Assembly (NCBI RefSeq): GCF_036321535.1
Contig: NC_087447.1
Location: 38,318,001 to 38,382,000 of the forward strand
DNA: 64,000 nucleotides
Source: Camelus dromedarius
Lineage: Eukaryota
Reading direction: 5' to 3'
The translations under genes were made by a program, and so were the position numbers. Below the pieces are notes generated by a model, which was not told the DNA's origin, searched no databases, and worked only from the letters and a program-made list of their open reading frames with translations. Numbering within the stretch: the first letter of the stretch is position 1; each line of letters opens with the position of its first letter. Below are positions 34,101 to 46,100 of the stretch, in pieces.

Positions 34101-37100
34101 TGTTTCTCATTCCTTTGTGTAGATTCAGATTTCTATCTGATTTTCTTTTCTGCCTGAAGAACTTGATCATTCTTATAATGCAGGTCTGCTGAGGATGAAT
34201 TCTCTCAGCTTTCATTTGCCTTGGAAAATCTTTACTTTCATTTAAAAAAAAAAACTCTCTCTGGTAGAATTGTGAATATTTTTATTTTATTTTTGTTCAT
34301 ATGTTTTTCACATTGCTAAAATAAGGAGTGATGTAATAAAAATTAATGAGAAAAAATCACTCATGGTTAAAGCACTGAAGTACAAATCTTGTTAATCTTG
34401 TGGTGGAGACAGAATAGGTAGAAACATCAAAAGGTAGAATTAAATTACCAGATATATTAATTAAGTCCTTCCTCAGAAAGGATTTATTATGGCTTTTATT
34501 TCTGAAACACTTTTTTCCCTAGTAGTGATCATTTTGTGTTTTACAGTACTGCAGTTTCACTTAACATTATAACATTTTCCCATGTTATTCTAAACCCTTC
34601 CTAATCATAATAGTGTTTAATAGCTGCATAATAGTCCATTAGATTCCTTCATTTACTCAAACTTCCATATAACTAGACATTTTCATCTTAGATTTGAGAC
34701 TTTCAAAGGATTTTTTTTAACTTCCATAATATAAAGAGCCATAAATGAGATTTAGAGGGCCAAGTAAATTACAAGGTGTATTGTCTCTTTTTTATCGATT
34801 TATTTTAAAGTAATTTACTTCGTAACTCTCTGTGGGCCATTATTTGTTTATTCTGGTCTTGTCTGTTCTTTAAATTATGCTTTTAAAAAATCCCTAACAT
34901 TTTGTGTCTCAGTTCTACACGTAGGGAGAGCATTTGTTGATACCTGCTTAAGACAGCCAGGTTTTTGGTTCAGAAAGTTTACTACATTTGGTACAAGGCA
35001 AAAGGAAGTTTGGTTGTTGATCACCACATTGGCTCTCCTTCATTTATGCCTTTTCCAGCACTCTTCATTTCTTTGTGTAGATCTTAGTTTCTCTGTGGTA
35101 TCATATACCTTTTGCCTAAAGAATTTGCTTTAACTTTTCTTGTAGTGCAGAGCTGTTGGCAGTTAATTCTGTTGGTTTTTGTTTATGTGAAACAGTCTTT
35201 ATTTCTCCTTTGCTTTTGAAAGATATCTTTGCAAATATAGAATTTTAGGTTGACAATTTTTTTTTTCTTTTAGTACTAAGGATGTTGCTTCATTATCTTC
35301 TGGCTTGTAGTACTGTCAAAATGTAACTCTTGTCCCTCTGTGTGGAATGTGTCCTGTTTTCTCTTGGCTAGTTTTGGATTTCCTCTTTAACACTGTAATG
35401 TCAGGTTTCAGTAATTTGATTAGGATATGCTTTGGTGTGGTTTTCTTTGTTTCCTTTGCTCATGGTTCATTGAGCTTCTTGGATATGTGGGTTTGTAGTT
35501 TTCATCAAATTTGGGAAAATTTTGACCATTATTTCTTCAGCTGTTTTTTTCTGTCCCCTCTTCCTTCCTCTCCTGGAGACCTCAGCTCAAAGGATTATTA
35601 TATTTATTCTTCTGCGGTTCTTTCTCAGGCTTCTGGTAGTTTTTTCATGCATGTGTGCTGATCAATACTTAGCTAAAGACAGTTTGACAAGGACATAGAG
35701 CATGTGTCAAGCTAATGCTATGTAAGACTGAAAAAGTAAGTTGAATTCACTGGTGGAAGACCTTGACTAGCAGGCTAAGTGATACAGACTTCAACATGAA
35801 GGCTGTAGGAAGTTACTGAAGGTATTTGCGCAGAGAGTGAAATGATTGGTGCACAATAAGGATTAAGATACAAGTGATCCCACTTAGCATCAACACTAAT
35901 GGAACAACTTGACATTATGTGCCTCCTAATGTAATATAAGATATACAAAACATCACCTATCCTGTATTCTAACTAAAAGTAGGGGACATTCTGAATAACA
36001 ACTGGCCTGGGCTCTTTAAAAAAGTCATGATGGGAAACAATATATAAAACCAGGGGGCTGGTCCAGATTGAAAGGGACTAAAGAGAATAACAGCCAAATA
36101 AAATGCATGAAGTTGATCCTGGATTAAAAAATTAATAAAAACATTTTGTGACAATTAAGAAGATTTAGTTGAATTTGGAGTGTAGTAGATATATTTTGGA
36201 ATTGTTACATTTCTTAGATGAGATAATGATACTGTGATTATAAAGGAAACTGTCCTGATTCTTAGGAGATAAATACTAAAGTATTAGATGAAGAATCTTA
36301 CTTTCATATGTTAAGCCTCCCCCCACAAAATAAGTGCACGTACATAAGTAGAATAAGAAATAATTATGGCAGAATATTAACAGTTAGTGAAGTGTATCAT
36401 TCTTTTAACTTTTCCATAGTTGGAATTTTTAAAAGATGACATTGGCTTGTGAGGGGGTTAGAATCAGAATACAGTTAAGAATATAGTTGAAAAACAATTG
36501 CTGTTTATCAGTTGAGGGTTAATGAAGGTTTTCAGAGGGTGGCAGAATAGAAGGGAAGAAGAAGAGTGCAGAAAAAATAGGGAGATTAAAATCTAAATGT
36601 TTTACTTAGGTGAAGTGAAATTTAGGTATATTTCTTGGATTATGAGTTACAATAAAATGACATTATTGCAGTTGGAGAAGCCTGACAACAAATAAGCCAT
36701 TTCTCTCCTTCTCTAGTCTTTTGTCGCTGAGGCAATGTTGCTCATGGCCACTATCCTGCATTTGGGAAAATCCTCTCTTCCTAAGAAACCAATTACAGAT
36801 GATGATGTAGATCGAATTTCCCTGTGCCTCAAGGTCTTATCTGAATGTTCACCTTTAATGAATGACATTTTCAATAAGGAATGCAGACAGTCTCTTTCTC
36901 ACATGTTATCTGCTAAACTTGAAGAAGAGAAATTATCCCAAAAGGTAAGATACATATGATAAAGACATAAAAGTGCTTTGTGAGGTTTTTTATTGTTGTT
37001 GATGATTTTTCAGTCCTCATGTGTGAGGGCTGTCCCTGTTGAAGATTCACAAAAGCTATCTTTTTCCCATATTAAAGAGAGACGATGTATTGTTTTCTCA

Positions 37101-40100
37101 ACACAGAAGGAATCTGAAAAGAGGAATGTGACAGTACAGCCTGATGACCCCATTTCCTTCATGCAACTAACTGCTAAGAATGAAATGAACTGCAAGGAAG
37201 ATCAGTTTCAGCTCAGTTTGCTGGCAGCAATGGGCAACACACAGAGAAAAGAGGCAGCAGACCCCCTAGCATCCAAACTTAACAAGGTAATAAAATGTCA
37301 GGTACACTGGTAAGTTATTTAAATTGGCTACTTAAAGTAATAATCAGGAAGTTGTTGGTGCTACTGTGGGTTTTAAAAAAAGAAAAACGAGTTGTATAGC
37401 ATCAGTTTTTGTCAAGTCACTGTGGGGAAGGTTCATAAAACATGACTTGAAACTCAGAACCTGATAAAGTACTATTCTGTGTGATAGTACTGTAAGTCAA
37501 GTAGATGATTTTATAACTTGTTTCAGTTGTGTGTGGAAGTAACATAGACTAAAACATAGAGCTGAGGGGTCCTTGGAGATAAACTAAAGCTTTTAAAGGA
37601 TAGGGCACTAGCCTCCTCCCCCATACCCTGCCCTCAGTGCCTCCTGTTCCCAGGGCAGCTCCACTTTCATATTCTTAATTTATCAAGTTATGTGTAGGAT
37701 TTTATTAGGAAGATGATTCTACTGTTCAAATATTAAATTTACAAATCAGTAATCTAGTTTGATCCTTCTTGTGTTAGATGAGTAAACTGTCTCAAATTGA
37801 TTTTATTGTCCAAGGTGAGATTAGTGGCAGAATTGGAACTACTAAAACACTTTTTCTTCCTTAAAATTGGGAATCAATATTGACAATATTACAGTTAAAT
37901 TTTTTTTAATTTATTTTTTTAAATTGTGGTAAAATTTACACATCAGATTTACTCTCTTAACTCTTTTTAAGTGTACAGTTCAGTAGCATTAATTACATTC
38001 ACATTGTCTTGCAACCATCACCACCATCTATCCCCTAAACATTTTTCATCTTGCAAAGCTGAAATTCTATACCCGTTAAATAGTAATTCCCCATTCCCCT
38101 CTTCCCTCAGCCCTTGGCAACCACATTCTACTTTTTATCCCAATAAATTTGACTGTTCCAGGTGTCTTATGTTAGTGAAATCACACAGCAATTGTCCTCT
38201 TGTGACTGGCTTTAGTTCACTTAGCCTAATCCCTTCAAGGTTCGTCTATTTTGTAGCATGTGTCGGAATTTTCTTCCCTTTTAAGACTGAGTAATACTCC
38301 ATTGTGAATTTATACCATATTTTGTTTATCCGTTCATCTGTTGATGGACACTTGGGTTGCTTCCATTTTTGGGCTGTTGTGAATAATGCTGCTATGAATG
38401 TGGATGTACAAATATCTCTTCGAGGCTCTGCTTTCATTTCTTTTGGATTAAACCCAGAAGTGGAACTGTTGGATAAAGTAGTGATTCTACTGTAATTTTT
38501 TGAGGAACTACTATACTGTTTTACGTAGCAGCTGCATTGTTTTACATTCCAGCTTTTAGTGCACAAGGGTTCTGATTTCACCACATCCTTGCCAACGCTT
38601 TTTTTTTTTTTTTTTTCTTTTTTAATAGTAACCATCCCAGTGGGTATGAAGTGGATAGCTTATTGTGGTTTGGATTTGCATTTCCCTAATGATTAGTGAT
38701 GTTGAGCATCTTTTTATGGGCTTGTTGGCCATTTATATATTTTCTTTGGAGAAATGTCTATTCTTTGCTCATTTTTTAAATCTGGTGGTTTGTTTTCTTT
38801 GTGCCGAGTTGTAGGATTTCTTTATATATTCTGGGTACAAGTCCTTTATCAAATGTATGATTTGCAGATACTTTCTCCCATTCTGTGGGTTGCCTTTTCA
38901 CTATGTTATAGTATCCTTTGATATACAAAAGTTTATAATTTTGATATAGTCCAATTTATCTACTTTTTAATTTTGTTGTATGTATTTTTGGTGACAGCAT
39001 TACATTTTTTTAAATGCTATACTTCAGAGGTTTTTTAAAAAAATTTTTTTGGTAGGGGAACATCTAAAAATTTATCTTTGTGTAATTACAAGCATTTCTT
39101 GCTTATAATTATTTAGTTGCTGATCTATTTAGTTCCTGAGTTTGTAGCAACTAGTGAGTTTAGGTGCTGAGGGATTTAATTGAAAATCTATCCAAATCTG
39201 TTCCATTCCTAAGTTGGGATAATTTTTAATGTATTTTCTAAACATACTTAACATCTTTCCACTACTGAGCTATAAACTGTAGGACCTGTTATTCTAACGT
39301 CTCAGTTAGAAATTATCGTGTCTGCATTACAAAACAATTTTATTATACCTATTTCAAAATGACTTGTCCAATTTAAGCACATGTTAATTACAGACTTAGT
39401 CATTTGACTAATGTATGTTTGGTTTAATTGTTTTAGTCATTTGATTATCTCTTTCTTTTTGTTTGACAGGTCACCCAGTTGACAGGTTTCTCAGATCCTG
39501 TATATGCGGAAGCTTATGTTCATGTCAACCAGTATGATATCGTCCTGGATGTACTTGTTGTGAACCAAACGAGTGATACCTTGCAGAACTGCACATTAGA
39601 ACTAGCTACTCTGGGTGAGGAAATTTACCATAAAGGAAAGATACTGTTATGTAGTAAAATGTCCATAGTAAAATCTGTCCTAAAGAGGACAGATTACTAA
39701 AAGAAGTACATAAGTTTTAGTATAATTCTCTTGAGCCCTTTGTGACATTTTGAATGAAGTCTGAGTTTTACACTTAATATTTAGTCTCCTTCAACTCCAA
39801 TTTTCTGAACCTCTGTGATACAGACTTTTACACTAATATTATGGTACTTCTAGATAGGTTTATTCAGTGAGCTTGGTCTAACAAATGTCAGTTTTTCTAG
39901 ATGTAAAAAAGAGCTATTTAAGTTACAGATTTACCAAGTAGTTCAGTTAAATTTTTAATTGCCTTACAAAACGAGGTATTTTCTGAGTCCATAACTAATA
40001 CATACCATGTGTGGCCAAAGTAATGTATCATTATCACATTTAGCAATGTGATATTTTTTTTTTGTCATCTTAATAAAGACACATGTATCAGACTCTATCT

Positions 40101-43100
40101 AATCATTTCTACATATAGTATTGAAACTGAAAAACATAAATTCCATACAGGAATAGTGTGCACTGCCCCTGGGAAGTTTCATATAGCTTAAGCAAGAATT
40201 AAGGGACTTTAAGAAATTGAAGGAAAACATAGTTCTGTCTGTTCTCTTCAGCATAGTTTGAGGCTTGTATAAAGAACTATATTTCTAATATCTTACAATC
40301 CTTTTTTCAGGTTGTTTTATCTCTCTTGTAATGGAGTGTATATTTTAAGACTGAAGTTTCCTGAGAAGTTTGTATGCATTCATTGGAATAAAATTGTATG
40401 CCCAAATTACCCCTGCCCATACACATACACATGCATGAATTAAATATAGAATTATTCTGAGAAGCCTATTACCTTTTAAAAGAAAAGGTGCATGTTGATA
40501 TGAATAATAGTGTTAAATGATTTCTTTATTTTTGTCCTTACATTTGAATCATAACCCTTCTCTTGTTCCTTGTTTTGCTGGAAACATTGAGCTTGTATAC
40601 ATTTTAAGGTTTTATGATTTGAGAGGTTAATATAAACGTCTTTTTAGCCATGTCTAAATTTTTTTTCAGGGGACTTGAAACTTGTGGAAAAGCCATCTCC
40701 TTTGACTCTTGCTCCTCATGATTTTGCAAATATTAAAGCTAATGTCAAAGTAGCATCAACAGAAAATGGAATAATTTTTGGTAATATAGGTAAGGAATTG
40801 TTTTATAGCATGGGCTGTTATAGATATTTTTATTAAAGAATTTCTGTAATGAGTAGCTTTGTGACATTTTTTGAGGGCAAGACTTGAATTCATACATTCA
40901 TTCATTCATTGATTTATGGGGCATCAGCTATGCTGCTAAGTGTTGCTGGATGTGCAGAAATGAACCAGATAGAGTCACTGTCCTCAGAAACATAATAAGT
41001 AAAAATAAGTAAATATATCATTACAATACAATGTGATAAGGTCTAGTTTGTATACTTTGTGTTTTGAGATCATAGAGGGAAAATGCTAACAGTATAGAAG
41101 GCTTTGTAAAGAAGGAAGGTATGTTATCAAAGGATAACATTTGAACTGAGTCTAAAGCTCTGTATAGGCATTTGTTGCCAGGCCATCTAGGGACTAGCTT
41201 ATACAGAGGTAGTATTCAGTAAATTTTGTTTGTTTGAGTAATTTCTGTGGTTGGGATGGGGCTGCCATGATGAGGAACAAAAGATCTCTGTCCTCAGCTT
41301 ATAGTCAAGTAAGTGAAAACAGATGTGTGAAACAGATATATGCAACACATGATGAATGGTAAGTGCTATGAAAGGCCTGTGCTAGGTGAAGTGGAAGTCT
41401 ATGAAGAAGTTCTGTCAGTTCTCTCAAAGTGGTGGGGGGTTGGGAGGAAAGGTAAGGAAAGGCTTGGTGGAGAAGGTAAAACTCAAGTGGGGTTTTGAAA
41501 GGTCAGTAAGTGGTCTCCATATAGACAGAGGATTTACTTGGAACAAATGCAAGTAGTTTGACATACTTGGAGTTTAGAATGGGCTAGAGGGTGGTGGTAG
41601 AAAAGAATGAAGTTAGGAAGGTTAGTGGCAGCTATATTATACTTGTCATAATAAGGATTTCAGACTTTATCCTGGATGTAAAGGGGAGCCATTGAGGAAT
41701 TAGTGTGTTACACGATTAAATATTTCTTTGACAACACTAAAGAAGAGTAAGTGTAAGAGGCAGAAAGGGTAACTAGTAGACTTGCAGTAGCACAGGTGAG
41801 AGTTTGAACCAACACAGTAGTGGCTGGGGTGAAAGAGAAGGGCTGAATATAATAGATATTAAGGAGATAGAATGTCTAGGACATGCTTACTAATTGAAGA
41901 GGAAGTGGCTAGGGCAACCCTCAGATTTCATGCTTGGGTATGTTGGGTTGGTGTTTATATTAACCACCAAAACGGAATATAGGAAAGACAAATTGAGAGA
42001 GATAATTAGTTAAATGTGAGCAGGTTGAGTAATAAAGTGCCTTAAGATATTGAAGGGTAGCTTCATATGAGTCTGGAACTTAAACAAGAGGTCTAAAGTA
42101 GAGATAAATATATGTTCAAAAGCCATAGAAACGGAAGAAATCATCCAGAGGGCATAAAGAATCAGAAGAGGAAAAAAAAAAAAAAGAGTGAGAAGAGGGG
42201 AGATTTGAAAACTGATTCCAAGAAACAGCAATAGTAAAAGTTGTTCAGAGTTTTTATTCAACGCAGTATTAAAAGATGGTCAGAGAAGGAGAAGCCTATG
42301 AAGGAAATGTGGTCAAAGAGGTATGAAAAAATCTTCAAGAAGTATCTGAATCTGCCAAAGATCCAATAGAAGGGTCCTTTGGATTTGGTATTCAGTGATA
42401 TTAAAACATTCTTGTGGCATGTCTTGGGCTATGGTGATGGGTTCAAGACTACATCGGAGATGGAGAAATAAAGATAATGAGTATAGACCAGTCAGAGTGT
42501 AGGACCTTGGTTTTAATAAGAATGAGAGAGAGCAATAGCCAGAAGAGAAGTCAAGGATGAGGGAAGATTTTTTAAGATAAGAGAGTCTTGACTATGTTTA
42601 TTAACTATAAGGGAAGAAAGTAGAGAATATGAAGGTAAAGACGTAAGAGTAAAAGAGGTAATGATTGATGGAGTGAGGTCCTGAACCAAAGCAGGTATCT
42701 CAGATGGCAGCAAGTGTTAGCCTTGAAGAGAAGAGGCAGCATTTCTCTGATATGAAAATTAAGGAGGTAAGAGTTGATTCGGAGAAAGATAAGTTTATTT
42801 TTAGATATGGGGCTGAAAATTAAAGGAACTTTTTCTTGGTAACTTCAGTTTTCTCTAAAAGTAGATAGGGTAGTAGAATGTCAAGAGAAGAGGCTAGAAG
42901 GAAGAAAGATAGGTTCCAGTCAGATTATGACTTTCTGCCATTGAAGAAACAGTTATAGACGCAAACAGTCTTGTGTCATTAAGTACTATGGCTCAGCAAT
43001 ATTCATTCAGAAATAATCCTTAAGCACCTGCTATGGGAACCCTACTATTTGTGTATCCCTCTGAAGTGCCTTACACACTGTAACTTCTGTGTAAGTATTC

Positions 43101-46100
43101 ACTGAGCTTGAATCCTGGCCTCCACCACTAACCAGTTCTGTGATCTTGAACAGCTTGTTTGACTTCTCTTTGTTTTTGTGTCTTTGTAAGATGGAAAAAT
43201 AGTAATACTATAACATAGGATTAACAGGAGTATTAAATAAATAATAATTTATAAAACATTCAGATTGGAGCCCAGCATATAATAAAACTATTTGCTAATA
43301 TCATAGTTATTTGGAAATATTAAGAATTTTAAGTTAAAATTTGCCTTTGGTGATTGGGGATCATTTTGTGTATATGCATTGCAGTCTATGATGTCTCTGG
43401 AGCAGCAAGTGACAGAAATTGTGTGGTCCTCAGTGATATTCACATCGACATCATGGACTATATCCAGCCTGCAACTTGCACTGATGCTGAATTCCGTCAG
43501 ATGTGGGCCGAATTTGAATGGGAAAACAAAGTTAGTCCTTGGAAAGTTTGACTTCCTTATCTTTCTTTTTGGCTAGTGTTGAGGGATTCTCTGATAAAAT
43601 AAATCCCACTAAAAAGTGTCACATGTGAAAAGCAAATCAATATCTGTTCTTAACTGGAACTCATGCAAGTAGTTTGGTAAGACTGTTGTAAATTGGTGAA
43701 AGTAACAGTTCTATAACTAATCTGATCAAGATATAAACAATATTCCATCCTTGTATATATGAATAGTAACTTACCATTGAATCCAGTGTCCAAAAGAAGC
43801 TTTGCAAAGTTAGTGGCCTGCTGGGGAACTTTGTTTCTTTGAGCCTTGATTTTTATTAGAAATATTTTATATACAGCAGGTTGATCTTCTGTGAAGTTAT
43901 CTATATCTGAAAGTTCTAATGCCAACCTACAGCTGTTGGATCTTGTAGATGTCATTACTTTTTTTGCCCACCCTTTTCCCCTAAATTCTTGGAAGGAGGT
44001 TCTATTATGACATACAAATGATTGTTTTCTCAACCCCAAGATAAGAAATTCACAACTTTCTTATTGTAAGAATTATAATCTCGACTTTTTTCTCTCCCTT
44101 TGCACAGGTGACTGTTAACACAAATATAATTGACTTAAATGACTATTTACAGCACATATTAAAGTCCACCAACATGAAATGCCTCACTCCAGAGAAGGTA
44201 AGATTTACTTCTTAAATCTGATAGAAAGTAACATGGTAGATTGTTAGCTTTGTTGTATTTCCTCTATTGTATTTTATTATTATTTAGCCTGAGAAAAGCA
44301 GTGTCATTCTGAACCAGCTAAAGAAGTCATCCCATAGAATATAGGTACCTGCTTACTGCTTTCTATGGAATGGAAACAATATCTGCTTGTTTCTAGTGTA
44401 GTGACCCAAATGAATAGTCAGGTTGGTTTTTCTTTTTAGTCTTCTCCCTTTCAGCTAAAGGCTTATTCCAAAATATTTTTTGATACTGAGTTAAGAAATG
44501 TCCATGACCTCTTCTGTTGGGTCTGATTATGGGTCAGAATATATCTGCTCATGACAGAGTTGTTAATATACTCAGATCTTCTGCTATGTTTGTGTATGTA
44601 TGAAAGAAGACTAGAAAGAAAGACCAAAAAATGAAGCTGAGGCTCTAAGGAATTTGTTTTTCTTTATAAAATTTCTGTTAATGTTATATTGATTTAATCA
44701 GTAAAAGAATGCTGCCAGATAAGTAGGTTTTAATTCATGTTAGTCTATTCAACAAATACTGATTCCAACAAATATTCAAACAAATAGTATATGCCCAATA
44801 CCCTGTGAGTTGCTGTATGAACAATAATGAACAAAATAAAAGTAGTTTCTTCCTTCATGGAGCTTAAGGTCAGGTGTAGGAGGTAGTCAGACAACTCTAA
44901 ACAGAGAATGTGTAAGTACAGATGGAGATAAGTTCGATTTCTTTAAAATCAGGTTTATTGAGTTAATATAGATACAGTAAAGTTCACACTTTTTACTTGT
45001 ATAGTTTTATGAGTTTTGACAAATTCATAGTCATGTAACTACCACCACATAAGAAGTTTTTTTAAATTTTTTAAATTTTTGAACCTTAAGAGTGGTTTGG
45101 AGTCTGCTTCATTTACACATTTTTGGCACCTTCCCCCTAGGGGCCCTATCATTCAGGCTCTGTGTACTGCAAGAGACAGTACACAGCCTTAGGGACCGAG
45201 CACTTCAGGGCACCACCTGAGAAGTGGGGCTCAAAACCAGCTTCCCTGTTTGCACCCCATGTTCACAGCAGCATAGTCACAGTAGCCAGGAGGTGGAAAC
45301 AACCTAAGTGTCCATGATGCTGAATGGATAAACAAACTATAGTCTATACACACAATGGAGTATTATTCAGCCTTAAAAAAAAAGGAAATTCTGACGTATT
45401 ACAACATGGATGAGCCTTGAGGACATTATGCTAAGTGAAATAAACCAGTCACAAAAAGACAAATATTGTATGATTTTCCTTATTTGAGGTACTTGGTACT
45501 TAAAGTAGTCAAATTCATAGAGATAGAATGTTGGTTACCAGGGCCTGGAGGGAGGGAATATGGGGAGTTGTTGTTTAATGGGAATAGAGTTTTCTAAGAT
45601 GAAAAGGTTCTGGAGATTTATCTCACAGCAATGTGAATATACTTAACACTATTGAAAATAGCTGAGATGATAAATTTTATGTTCTGTGTTATTTACTGCA
45701 ATTTAAAAAATAAACAACTTCCCTCTCAAAAAAAAATCCTATGTTAAGTGATAATTCACATGTGCTCTCTGGTGTTGCTTATATGTTGTTCTGTAGTAGA
45801 GTATTGAATTTATCATGAATTTCTTCCAGGCACTTTCTGGTTACTGTGGCTTTATGGCAGCCAACCTCTACGCCCGTTCCATATTTGGAGAAGATGCACT
45901 TGCAAATGTCAGCATTGAGAAGCCGATTCAACAGGGACCAGAGGCTCCTGTTACTGGCCACATAAGAATTCGTGCAAAGAGTCAGGTAACAGTTGCTTTT
46001 TTTGAGATGGTCTCTGAACTGAACAAAAAGAGAAAGAAAGTATCCTGTCATACTAGTGTTTTGTGCATTAGATACATATATATATTTATAATAATAGTAT

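Noticed and set aside
36945..37106. 162-nt intron (multiple of 3) as a possible in-frame retained intron
   Set aside because: In-frame TGA five codons into the intron.
43650..44039. 129-aa antisense ORF in COPB1 intron 19
   Set aside because: Non-ATG start, no recognisable domain, no promoter or splice context.
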